From contig JAVECL010000186.1 in the NCBI GenBank assembly GCA_051942245.1, positions 1-38,420 on the forward strand: a stretch of DNA of 38,420 bases, read 5' to 3'. Of the stretch, positions 12,830 to 24,498 are shown in pieces. Under the pieces are notes generated by a model. That model was not told the DNA's origin, ran no database searches, and worked only from the letters and a program-made list of their open reading frames with translations. Position numbers and translations under genes: made by a program. Each line of letters begins with the position of its first letter. Within the stretch, counting starts at the first letter, position 1. Source of the stretch: Trypethelium eluteriae (Eukaryota).

Positions 12830-14652
12830 CTACAAAAGCTTTGAGGGATGAAAGAAGGCGGTGGCCAGCATCTGGGCGGATCAGGGGCATATCAAAGTGG
12901 CCGTTCACCTCGTGAAGTCGTGAGCCTGCCGATGCACTTATTCTACACTTTCAACCACTTTAACGCTTACATCGCCTCCTAACAGCCTTCTGTTATCTGT
13001 GGTTTGCGGGAATGTTTTCTTCCTTTCAGATTTCATCATTGCCGGCAACTACGTCCGGCCGCCGTGCTAATGCCGCCTCCTCTCAGAATCGGGACAGTTT
13101 GGCAGCAGTGCCCTGTATCTGGACCAACTAGAATTCTAGACATATCGGCACGGCGTCCATTATTGATTTAATTGGTGACGATATAAATCCCGCCATACTT
13201 CTGGAGCAAAAGGCCGAGTTCAAAGATTACCTGGCATCGCCAGGTACGTGAATTCGCATATTCAAGCATTGCTGGTGGAAAGTAAGACTGTTTTCTTTAT
13301 CCAACGCCTTTGTTAGCCAGACGTGATTACGACCTTGAGCCCTCTGTCCCACCCATGCCGTGCGTAGTTTTCTCATAAGGTCTGCAGGCAGTATGATATG
13401 TCTCAGCAACAGAACTGTCACGGGTAAGGATCGGAATAGATATCCACTACCGCGGAATCCCCGTCCGATGAGCCAACTCTCAAGATTCGGGCATATCAAC
13501 CTGTTGCTGCTGAACCTCGCCCTCCGCAACATGTTAGCCCTACTATCGATCGCGAATGTCACGGACAAGAAAGGGTTTCGGACGAAGATGAGAATATCGT
13601 TTACATCACATACGGAGACGCCATTGGTAGCCAAGGGACACCATCTCCCTTGGGCTGCGTGGAAGCCCGTGGCATACTGAATGGGCTCACAGAAGGGGTA
13701 GCCGCCGGTCCCGATGCTATGGACACTCGGCTAGGCAACTTGCCTGATCTCCATCGCGACCGTGACCGCGGCATTACCTTGAGACCAGAGCGGAACGAGA
13801 GCAAGGTTGCCAGCGACTCCGACCCAGGGCCAGAAGACAACACTGCTGTCTCGAGGATGGAGCCAGGAATTGCCATCGCCGCTCCTGATGCGACCATGAT
13901 CTCCAGCGATGCTACCGCCGCAGGCTTCTCTGAGGTAGCCCATGGTCTTCTTCTTGCTGTAGGTCCTCCCGAGGCAGCCAGCGATCACCCTCTTGGAGAT
14001 TTCTGCTACGACCTAAACTTATTTCGACCACTGGCGCCAAAAGCAGCAATGCGTCCCGCGAAGCTAATTTTAGCGATACCTGCTGTGCTTCTTCAAACAT
14101 TCTACACGAGCGCTTCGACAGTCTACCTGGTTGGCCTGACTTGCAACGATCCTTTATTGATTAGGGATAATCAAGTTGTAGAAGTTATAGAGGTGTCTGA
14201 AGTAGGTGGGTCGGATTCTTCTCCCGCGCGATCTCGGCGGCAACCACGCCTCCCACAACAATTTAAAAGTTAATTTAAGCCAATCAATCGATAGAAAATA
14301 TTCAATTATACAATCCAACAAATTATCGCAATTTTCTGTAGAGTGGTGGTGGAATGATAATTATGCGACTTGTCGTGCGTCACAATCTTCGTCACGAGCA
14401 GCATCATGAACGCCTTCATTATCCCCATAGTCCCGCAGTAGCGTATCATCTTCGGCATCTTTGTCATATGAGAAGGCATCTCTCTCCTAGGGAATTTGGG
14501 TCTGGATTTGCCGTTTGCAGCGGCAGAACGATAGGCGGTATGGACGAACCGCAAACAGCGCACGCATCTCTTTGTCTATCTACCTTTTCTATCTCGTAAG
14601 TCGCTTTTTTCGTCTCAACTACACTATGCTCCTTTCCATATCGCAATCTTAA

Positions 14653-15965
14653 ATGGCGGGGAAAGGAAATTTGTATGTCAATGATTATTTCACTCGAACT
14701 AAACCAGTTTCCATTTCATTCAATCAAACATCGTCAAAGCCAGCTCTGCCAGCTCTGCCTACTCCGACTTTGCCACTATCGGCTCCCTCTGGACCAGCAT
14801 CGTCAGAACCAGCTATATCCACCTCGGCTCCCTTTGATCCAGATACGCCCTGGCCTGCTACATCAAAGATTGCTAGGTCCGAGCCAATTGTAACTCAATC
14901 AGCGTCAAGGGATTCAGGATTCAGCAAAACCTCTCTCGTACGAGGTTTTGTCCATCTTCTCAGCACCGTGGCGAACACACTTGATTATCACGCTCGGACA
15001 TCAAAAAGCAAAGTCACAAAAGTCAAAAAGTACATTGAGAGACTTCGTGACGATCCACAAGTGGACGGCAACCTTCTCAGCAAGAGAAGGCTGAATGAGT
15101 CTGAGTATCAACAACTGCTTGATAGCATAGCAGAAGATTCAGACTTACAATCTTTTTTTGACAAGAGATTCAGGCATGAGTATTCACACGAAGACCATGT
15201 GCTTGTGATCCGTATGTTGTCAACATTACATGAAGTCTTAGGTGATGGGATCCAAAGAAAGATTTTTTCTTGGCTAGACAGTCAATCAAGTGGCTCTAAC
15301 AGCTTGACTAATGTTGCCAAAGAAATTGAAGGAAGCGGTGCTCGTCACTTATTTCTTAGAATTCTTGGAAAAATGGATGAAAAGCAGCCTGACAGAAGTT
15401 TTACCTACAAAGATTGCGGCTTTCCTGGACTAGTCATTGAGATATCAGTCTCACAATCAGTGACTGATGTACAAAAGAAGGCGAAAGCATATATTCAAGG
15501 CACTGAAGGTCAGATTCGTACTGTAATCAACATTGACAGTAACAGTACATATCCAAAGAAAGGTGGATCAGCTACCTTCTCAATTTGGCGTGCAGATTTC
15601 TCTCAAGAATCGTTAGGTGTTATTGAAAGCGTAATCAGTCAGGTAAGATTATCTCAATCCATTGTATGTCTCTGGGGCTGACAAGATAGGAATTTCGAGA
15701 TAAGAACGGGCAGCCAGTCTCAAACGCTGACTTACGGGTTTCCTTATCTGACTTTGTTAGTGATGAAGTAATGCTTCCACTCGGAGAGGATATTCCAGAG
15801 TTTGTGTTGACTTCACAAGTTTTGTGTCAAGTTTTGAAGAGTGCAGAAGAGAAACACCAGAACGGCGAGGATGCGAAGAGAGCAGGAGAAAAGCGCCAAC
15901 AGAAAAGCCTTAGAAGATCAGAGAGAATTCGAAACATGGTGAAGAAACCATCTTACAAAGTGTAA
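14653..15965 (+). CDS. PD-(D/E)XK restriction-endonuclease-like (Uma2-like) protein, 2 exons (14653-15642, 15690-15965), ~421 aa
   Basis: 47-nt intron GTAAGA...GCTGAC...TAG joins the 342-aa and 64-aa ORFs in frame. Motifs: MLSTLHE, KQPDRSF...FPGLVIEISVSQ...KKAKAYI.GT.G.IRTVI. Pro/Ser-rich N-terminus and basic C-terminus; no RIP damage. Confidence 0.75.
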
Positions 15966-16065
15966 TAGAGGATGCATATGGAACAATAATCCACGTGCCG
16001 GAGGTGAAGGGCGTCCTAGATCTGGCAGATCGTTGCGTGGAAGGTTCAAGTACTTGTGGCTGCGT

Positions 16066-16421
16066 CTACGCCGCAGATGGTTTACAGGCAGAATTTGAGG
16101 GTTCAGGCGGAGCTTTGTATGGTTTGAACTCGACATATCTGGATTCCACAAGAATATTGAAGCCTTCTTCTTCTTCTTCCAAATTATTTCCATTGCAGTA
16201 AAACAGCATGATGACGGCGTTACTGTCTTTCTTTTTCCAATCCTTTTGCTTCTTCTGTAGGCTTCCGGCTGAAACATATCTTTGCTCCCGAAAACAACAT
16301 TCCAGGTAGCTGCGTATCTAAAAGCCATCCTCCATGGGCCTTGCCATTGTATATACTTTTGCCCTGTCGATTTGAGCTTCGGAAGCGAGGCAGGATCGAT
16401 CTTGGATTGCGAGGTAGACAT
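16066..16421 (-). pseudogene. Frameshifted Ty1/Copia gag-like relic
   Basis: MSTSQSKIDPASLPKLKSTGQKYIQWQGPWRMAFRYAATWNVVFG, then in another frame KQKDWKKKDSNAVIML, resembling the Copia gag N-terminal/UBN2 pattern; ESRYVEF resembles the post-integrase SRDVxF motif. No LTRs seen. Confidence 0.5.
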
Positions 16422-17235
16422 GGTGAAAGGAAGCAGTTAGGACATCCAAAAACAAAGTGTTTCAAAGAATCCTTGGTCGAATAGGATCAGGATGATGGGT
16501 CGTGAGGGCTGAGAACCCATCATGACGGTTCCAAAATGTATCGGATACTTGCAATGGAAAAGGTGTGGGAAGTTAGACGAAAACGTAGTCTGCAATAGCC
16601 TGCCTGTTTCCAACCTAGATCCCCAAGAGGAAGATGCAGTGAGGCTAACAACGTGTGCAATGTCCGCCAGCCAACTGAAGCAGATTGTGCCGCATGAACA
16701 GAACAAGGGCACGGAGTTGGCGACACATCTACAGAGCTTGACAGTGCGTAAGGTTAATCAGATCTGTAACCTGGGTGTAACGCATCCGTCTCTGCATTTC
16801 TGTCTCGCCCTGAGCTCGGGGATACGCACACTCCTCCGTGGCTGCCCACAGCTTGAGCCTCTGGGCTAAAGACCTCTTGGAGGGCGATGTGCTTGCGTTG
16901 GGTGTTGTGGCGACTTAGCCAACGGCCGATCTGAATATCTTCCCTCAATCCCAGAGCCAAATATGCATGAAGCATCTTTACTACATTTTGACGCAGATTG
17001 CTGACAAAACGAAGATCTCCGACTACTTGAGCACATATTTGCGTCAGATATTTGTTAAAGTCCTTGAGACGCAGGCAGAGACTCGGTGGTAGATTGGGAC
17101 AGGTATATAGCGCGGGGGTGGCGAGGCTTTTTATTAATCGAGTTCGGACTGTGGCGAGGGTTAGGAGTCGATTTACCGACGGGCACATCACTGCGGATTG
17201 GTCCGCTGCAGCGGATCTTGAGATGACGTATTCTG

Positions 17236-20200
17236 GAGGATTTCCCCACCACCTGCACGGGCGCACCACCTGCACAGCCAAACCACGGATTTGACCATGC
17301 CTTCCAACGCGAGTAACTCCACGGATTCTGAAGCTTTTCGCGCAGCGATTGCTGCAGCAGATGCGCAGAAGAACCCTAATTACTCTCAACTAGCTAGGGA
17401 GTTCGGAATCTGCAGATCGATGTTGTCATGTTATTATAGAGGTGTCACACAGTCTATTCAAGAAGTTCACTGAAATTGATAGGCAAAGCTATCCAAACTC
17501 TAAGAGCGTAGCCTAGTTACCTATATAAATAAGCTATTATAGCATAGAATCCCTCTTATATTAAAAATAGTGCGAAATTTTGTTGAGAATATTGCCCAAA
17601 ACCCAATTGGAAAGAGCTGGCTTCCGCACTTTATTTAGCAATATTATATAAAGTTAAATAGCTTATATTTAACTTTATTTAACTTATTATAAAAGCATAT
17701 AAATAGTTATTATAATTTAAAGCTTTATTTAAAGCTAATAAGTAAGTTATTTCTTAGTATTTTTTTCCTAATAGAGTCTGGACCCTAGATTTGATCGGAC
17801 CCTAGATTTGATCGGTGAAAATCATACAACCACCTGCGCAATGCGTGCGCAACGCCTGCGCGAAGCCGGCGCTTTATCAAAATTGCTAGATAATATCTTA
17901 AATAATAGATCTTTTATTTAATCTAAGTTTTTATTTAATGCAGCCTATTAGTATTAAGATCTTTTTTTTTTATGCTTAGTGTTTGCCTTTATTTTATGGG
18001 CTATTTATAAGATATCCTTAATAAAATAGATTAAGACACCCTTTAATTAAACTTTTTTGCCTTTCTTTATTTTTTTTTACTTTTTAAGAAGCTTAACTTA
18101 ATTAGCTAATTATTAATTTTAAAAAGTAATAATAATGGATAAAGTTTTGCAGAAACTTATTATATAATTTATGTACTATTATACTAACAACACAATTTTG
18201 GTATAATTATATAATACTTATACAAACTTTATATTTAATTAAAATAGTATAATTATTTTTAAAGGAGAGTTATAAAGTAATAAGAAGTCCAAATTAATTA
18301 GATTAGGTAATGTATATAATTTTGCAGCAGTTAAAGTAGCCTTATAAGGAAGCCCTTTAAGCACTTAATAATAATTTGCAGGTATTAAGCCAGCTCCTTA
18401 CCAGCCTGCAAGAATATTCTTGCTTATAACTGCTTTTGCCTAAGCTATTATAAGTAATTTAACCCATTCTGCGCGAGGGATTTATTATAAGCTTAGCTGG
18501 CTAAGCGTATGTAACTTATAACTATATTATAGCTTAAATAATAAAAATACTCTTATATTAAGCAGCTATAAGAGATAAAAATAATAAAGAGGTATAATTA
18601 TAAGATTAATATTATTCTTTATATAATGCGCAATAAAGTCCGCTTTAATATGGCTGCTATGCCCATTAGCAATTAATAAATACTAGCAACCTGCAGCCTT
18701 TTTGTGTGTTTAAGGATTAAAAACTTTAATTAATTATTATAATTTAATATTATTTAATATCCAGCTATTTTGGCTGGTAGCAAAAAACTAATTATAAGGT
18801 GTTTACTCTAAAATCTATTAGGTATTTATGTAATTGCTTTTAAATACCAAAAAAGGCGCAAATAATTTGCCGGCAGTGCTAATATATTTAATATTAATTA
18901 CCTAATCCTGCTTATTAAGTATAACCTTTTTTTTTTTTGACATTATTAAGGTGAATAAAAATTATTATTATTTGCTCTTTTTTAATATTAAAACCTAACT
19001 TATTTATATTATACATATTTAAAAGGTAATATTTATACTCTGCTACTTATAAAGCAATTATATTAAACCAGCATTTTACATGCTTATAAGTTGCGCCTTT
19101 ATATTAAAAGTATTTTAGCTATTAGGCTAAAATTATCTGTATTTTTAAATATTATTTTTTAAAGTATTAAATCCATTTATTATTAATAAGAGGGTATTCC
19201 ATATGGGCAGTTATTCTACAAAATACATGTAAAATATGTGCAACACACACCTTATAAGCAAGATTTTTTAATATTAAATAAGTAATAGGTATTCCAGTTA
19301 TTATATATTATTTAATCTATTATATAAAAGTTAATTTTTCTGCGTTTATAAAAAGCTGCTGCATCTTATAGCTTATAACTTATATATTGCCTGCGTAATG
19401 CCTGCGCATAAGAGTTAAATGTAATACTTTAAATTAGTAAGCAGCTGCCCAAATAAATAAAATTTTTTAATTTTTAAGTGCAAGTAAGGCCTTTTAAAGT
19501 TAAATTTTATAATCTAAGAGTTCTTAAATAGATTTTTTTAGCATTATTAAAAATAACGCGTGTTGCATGCAAAAAGCATGGTACGCGACCGATCAAAGCT
19601 GGGGTCTGATCAAAGCTAGGGTCTAGACTCTATATATAAAGATATTATTAAAAATTAAAGAATATAACATTTTTGTATAAAATATTTATAATATATATAA
19701 AAAAGGTTTTTATATTAGCTAACTTATAAAAATAAAAAAAGTATTCTTTAAAACAGTTTATAAATAAGGTTTTTTAAAAAAAAAGCAGGTATAAATAGGT
19801 TTTAAATATAAATAACAATCCTTGCCTTAATATTTATAGCTAGTATTATTCTACTATTTATTATTATTTTTAAAGCTTAATCTAGCTATTTATAAGACAT
19901 ATAGCTTTAAAACTTTAACTTTATAAAGTAGAGATACATATTTATATACTCTTTTATAGGGTGGATAAATAATAAGATTAGCTTTTGTTAGCTCTTTAAG
20001 GTTTTTAAAAAACAGACTAAAGAAATTATGTAAAATAGACATAATATAAAGCTTCTTATTATTAATAATTATAGCAGCTATATTAAAAACTCCTTTTTTA
20101 ACTTTTGTAATATATATTAAATTATTATTGCAGTGTTTTTTTTTATATTTAATTTATTAACTTTAATCCTAAAATATAAGCCTATTTAGCCTTTTTACAA

Positions 20201-21259
20201 CTTATTATGCACAGAACCTTAATAACTGGATAATAGAGTGTTAGGTGTTATCACACTTTTAAAAGTTGGATTTTTTTAAACTCTTTTAGCCAGTATTTAA
20301 AAAAGCCTTTTTACTGTCTAATATTATAAGTAGGTAATAAAAAATAAGCCTCCACCCCTTTAACCTATTAATTATGCTTAAATAGGTGTTTACTTAGCCA
20401 GAATTACATTAGAATAATATATTTAATAAAGTATTATTAACAAATATCTTTAAGGCAGCTTAATAAAGGTTATATAAAAAGTTTGCTGTCCAAATAGGCA
20501 AGTTATTTATAATAAAGATGGATAAATTTAAAGCAAAGCTTTTTAAAATAGAGGTGGAGAATAAGGTCCTTAAACATAAGAATTAAGGGCTAAAAAAGGC
20601 AGTAAAGTTAAAGCAGAGGAGGTGGAAAGGCTAAAAGGTGATAAAAATGCCTAATAAGCATGGTAGTACAGTTATTTACACTGTATCTAAGGTGCAGGCT
20701 ATTTATAATGCTAATATCGCAAAGGAGTAGGCTGAGCAGCAGAAATAACAAGAAAAGCATAAAAAATAGCTTTAAAAATAAGCTGTAAAGTAAATCCAAT
20801 GTAAAGCTAAAGCACAGCGCTATTAAGATCGCGAGAAAGCTTAATCCAAGCAGCACGCGCAGAAGAAAGCCGAAACTTAGCAGAAACAGGAGGTTTATAA
20901 ACAGCACGCGATTAATAGGCAGGTCTAAAATAAGGTCAAACACCATACTAAATATAAACAAAAACAGCTACCACTGTTAAATCAGCCTTAAGATGATGTA
21001 ATAAAGGTGGATCTTTGGGAGAATAATGCTAAAGCTTCTTCCAGGCCCTCACGTCCACAACGCGATAGACGCGCACCACAAAGGTTTGATAAAGAAATTT
21101 AATAAGCCAAAACACGCAGCTAATTCTTCTGATCAATTTGATATAGTTTATTTAATTGTAGCTACTCTAATTGTTGAGATTGACGATGCTGAAGTGGAGG
21201 TGGTGGAACTATTTTGAGGTGTGCAGGTGGTGCGCCCGTGCAGGTGGGGAGGAAAACTC
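17236..21259 (+). mobile_element. pogo/Fot1-type DNA transposon (family 1), RIP-inactivated, interrupted by a second pogo
   Basis: 28-bp perfect inverted core CCACCTGCACGGGCGCACCACCTGCACA (17249-17276 and 21220-21247). ATG at 17297 with HTH YSQLAREFGICRSML; RIPed DDE motifs IYNIYKKGF (~19684) and LLIINNYSSY (~20052). Outer TIR bases are imperfect and no TA TSD is clear. Confidence 0.85.
17774..19630 (-). mobile_element. pogo/Fot1-type DNA transposon (family 2), copy 1, 1857 bp
   Basis: TIRs GAGTCTGGACCCTAGATTTGATCGG... / ...CAAAGCTAGGGTCTAGACTC, flanked by TA on both sides; minus-strand RIPed motifs YNINKLGF and LLIANGHSSH. Confidence 0.93.
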
Positions 21260-21676
21260 GTGGGGCTAGGCTCGGCGAAAAGCCGGCTCTCGCTGGCAGA
21301 GCCCACGCACGGAAGGGAGAATGTAAGCCCGAGAATGTGCAAGCAGAGGCGTAGTTGGTGTCGGGCTGAAAATACTCAAGTACACTTACTCTACAGTATG
21401 AGAAAAGGCCTCCCCGACTGAACATCTCTCCAAGATTCCCACGCAAAATCAATCATTCATTGGCCCACTAACGCACAAGGCTCTGTGAACACATCAATAG
21501 ACCGTATCCATTTGCCTAGTCACATTGAGGCATTCAAGCGACTCAGGAATGCGGTTCTTTGTCATAGTCCGTTCCGCGCCGAGACATCGGTACATGCTAA
21601 AATTGAACCATCATGATAGACATTGAGACCATTAGGAATACTTATGTACAGTCCACTTGATTGACTAAAGCTCACC

Positions 21677-22727
21677 CTACTCTTTGTGTTCTGTTCGCGA
21701 TGGCCAAGCATATTTACCAAAATTCTTTGCCGTGGCAAACTTGTTCTCACGATAAAGCTGCCGCGTGCGGAAACCAGGAGCTTCGGTCATAGACTGGGCG
21801 ACAAAGACACCAGCTGTCTTCCTCCTTTTCCCTTCGACTTTGTATTGAAACTCGTTAGCTGAAGTCAGTCTGTTATCGTGTGTCAGAGACTTACACCAAT
21901 TTTCAATTGTGTCCTCGTCACTTCCCAATATCTCAGCGAACATAGTGAGGTGAGCAGCGTCTGGAATCTGGCAAGATTCAAAAAACTCATGCAGCACTAC
22001 GGACTGATCCAAGCCGTCGCGACGTTCTTCCTCCGTAAAGGCTGAATGCTCTTTTGCGAAAACATATTCGGATTCGCTACGTATTGGATCAGTGATCTTT
22101 CTTTTCAATGCTCAAAGTGATAACAAACCTTTGGACCTGCTGACGGATTGCAGATTGCTTCATCTTCTTGAATGACGCTTTATCAATGGGTCTTCCTGCC
22201 GCCGCTGCTGCTTGATATCTCTCTGAATGGATGCCGGGTATCCCATTTGTAGCTGAAGTTGCCGACTTGTGATCGCCCATCCGAGCCGGGAAGGGTGGAC
22301 TGTTCTCCAGCCCTGATGATGCTACTGCTTTGTCAAATTTGGCGACTTCACTCTCATCAAACTCGTCTTCGAGGCATCGTAGCATGTCCAGTTCGCGCTT
22401 TTGAAACCACTCAGTCGTCTTGGCGAGTTCGCTCAATTGCTCTGGGTTCGCAGGATCCTGCGCCGACATATTGATGACACGGGCAACAGATTCTGGCAGA
22501 TTGGACTGAGATTCAAAGGACACATCTTCCGAGTCTCCTTCCAAGTCTTCGTCCGACGAGTCTTCGATTCCCTCTGCAATTTCATCGATGAGTTTGACGA
22601 TCTCACTTCTCGCCGCACGATCCTTCAAGAACTCATCTCCCTCTTCCATATCAATATCGCGACGGCCAGGATTTTGGCGCTCGAGCCGAGATACATTGAT
22701 CGCCCCATCCTTAGCCGAGTAAAACAT
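21677..22727 (-). CDS. Atypical homeodomain protein with acidic N-terminal region; 3 exons (22727-22129, 22076-21895, 21837-21677), ~313 aa; candidate MAT1-2 accessory gene
   Basis: Introns 22128-22077 (GTTTGT...CTGAT...TAG, 52 nt) and 21894-21838 (GTAAGT...GCTAAC...AAG, 57 nt) join the ORFs in frame. The spliced sequence QSVVLHEFFESCQIPDAAHLTMFAEILGSDEDTIENWFEGKRRK has homeodomain spacing. The 3' end could include a further intron. Confidence 0.72.
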
Positions 22728-23110
22728 TCTGGAGTGAGAAGACGCTGTTGTTCGCTGTCCACTGTGAGCCCTGGGGAGGTCAAGAAATTAGGGAAAAGTT
22801 GGGGAGAATAAGTTTCCAAATCCACGATTGTAGGCGTTAAATTTATTGGCCTTGCAGTGCAGGTTTCTGGGTGTCTTATTTTGAGGACGAGGCGGCAAAA
22901 AGCGCATTGCCAAAATGTGACATGTCACTACTCACACTCCAGCCACCTTATCCCGGCAGAAAATTGGTACGATTCTGCCGTTTGTCTATCTCACGAGGGC
23001 CTGCCTTTAAAAAAGAGTCTGTCCCTGCCGTCTTTCTTGCCTTCCTTTTTTTTCTCCTATTTTTTTTTACAGTTTTTCAAAGTGTACTATAACCTACATT
23101 GCTCCGAATC
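22728..23110. promoter_or_regulatory. Short divergent intergenic region, probable shared promoter
   Basis: 383 bp between two divergent ATGs; pyrimidine/poly-T tract at ~23030-23078, typical of fungal core promoters. Confidence 0.5.
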
Positions 23111-24498
23111 ATGGAATCGACTACTGTCCAGGCAAACATGAGAGTTCAAACTCAGCAGCTACCGCTCACGCAGTACGATGTCGAGCGCCAAAACTTGATC
23201 GAGAAGACTTGGATGGAATGCCTCCGCCAAATCAGCAATGGGTCCCCCAGCGTGACCATTTCTAACGAAGTCTTCATTCGTTTCGGACAAGATGGCCTAG
23301 ATGCCATCACGAGCCGTTACAGGTAAGTTTCTGTCCTTAGGAATTCTCATCGATCATGGCTAATACTCGAGAAGTGCTGTCATCCACGCTGAAGTCACTG
23401 CGTCTCACTCTGCTCCCGAAAGCCGAATCACTCTCTTTGCTAGTTACTTGGCGGCCCTCTCGAATGCTAGTCAGCCAACTACAAGCGACAATGCTCAGGC
23501 TTGTCGCATTGTCATGCGCGCCAAGAACAAAGTGGCTCGGCCTCCCAACGCATTCATTCTCTATCGCCAGCACCATCATCCAAAAGTCAAGGCTTCGGTG
23601 CCCGAAATGCACAACAACGACATTTGTAAGTTGACATCTCTATCTTTGAGCTGAAATTATACTGACTCCTGTTGTAGCCAAGCTTCTCGGCAATCAGTGG
23701 AAGGCCGAGACTGAAGCCACTCGCGAGGAGTGGAGAGCCAAGGCCGAGAAGGCCAAGGCTGAGCACAGCAAGGTCCACCCGGACTACCAGTATCAGCCTC
23801 GAAAGCCTTCAGAGAAGAAGAAGCGATGGACGAAAACCAAAGCTGCCGCACTAGCCAAAGCGCAGACCGAGCACGAGAGCGCTGGAATTACAGAATGTCG
23901 CTATTCTCCTCGCAATGACCCCTCCACGCTCGCCATGGAAGATTTCACCACGAATGGATGGGCAACGGGCGCAATGCCCTCCTTCGAATCGTTTGAGAAC
24001 GACCAGAACAGTCTTCCTACGACCATTCCACACTTTGCCATAACGGAGAATGGCGAAAAGATCACCCACGAGTTCCTCCCAGGAGAGCGCAATACCTTCC
24101 AGCAGATGATAGCCAAGCACAACGCTCCTTATCTAAGTGCAAATCCGGGTGTGGCCGCCAACGAAATCCCCGAGAGCAATCAACTGTCAATCACTCCAGC
24201 ACCGAGCTCCAACAACGTCGATGCCTTCGGCGTCGACTGGGATGACCTCAACAACATGCTCAAGGAGCATGAAGAGATGGCCAAGTCCCATCTCAGCGAT
24301 AAAGACATGATGTCTCAACAAGACCAAGATCTTCTGAGGGGCTTTGTCACTGGGCAAGACTACTATTCAGCCGAAGCAGAACGTCAAGCAGGCTTGGATG
24401 AGGTCTCTACTGATGACCTGCCCAGCAAGATGATGTCGGAAGAGTTCACTGATTGGTCTATATCTACACTCTTTCCCGATTTTGACCTTAATGCTTGA
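23111..24498 (+). CDS. MAT1-2-1: Mating-type HMG-box transcription factor MAT1-2-1; 3 exons (23111-23322, 23375-23625, 23678-24498), ~427 aa
   Basis: HMG box KVARPPNAFILYRQHHHPKVKASVPEMHNNDISKLLGNQWKAE...HPDYQYQPRKPSEKKKR. The conserved MAT1-2-1 intron splits the Ser codon (T|CC), and the PRKPSE tail is present. Both 52-nt introns have GTAAGT donors and CTAAT/CTGAC branch sites. Acidic C-terminus. Confidence 0.93.

Noticed and set aside
11744..15965. Spok-type spore-killer gene
   Set aside because: No Cys-cluster or kinase domain; the minus ORF is KR-like and the nuclease is stand-alone.
16754..17389. 211-aa minus-strand ORF
   Set aside because: It starts inside the pogo TIR/transposase antisense and crosses the insertion junction, so it is not one gene as called.
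22259..24120. Overlapping alternative ORFs across the HD and MAT1-2-1 genes
   Set aside because: Shadow frames; the spliced models explain the region.
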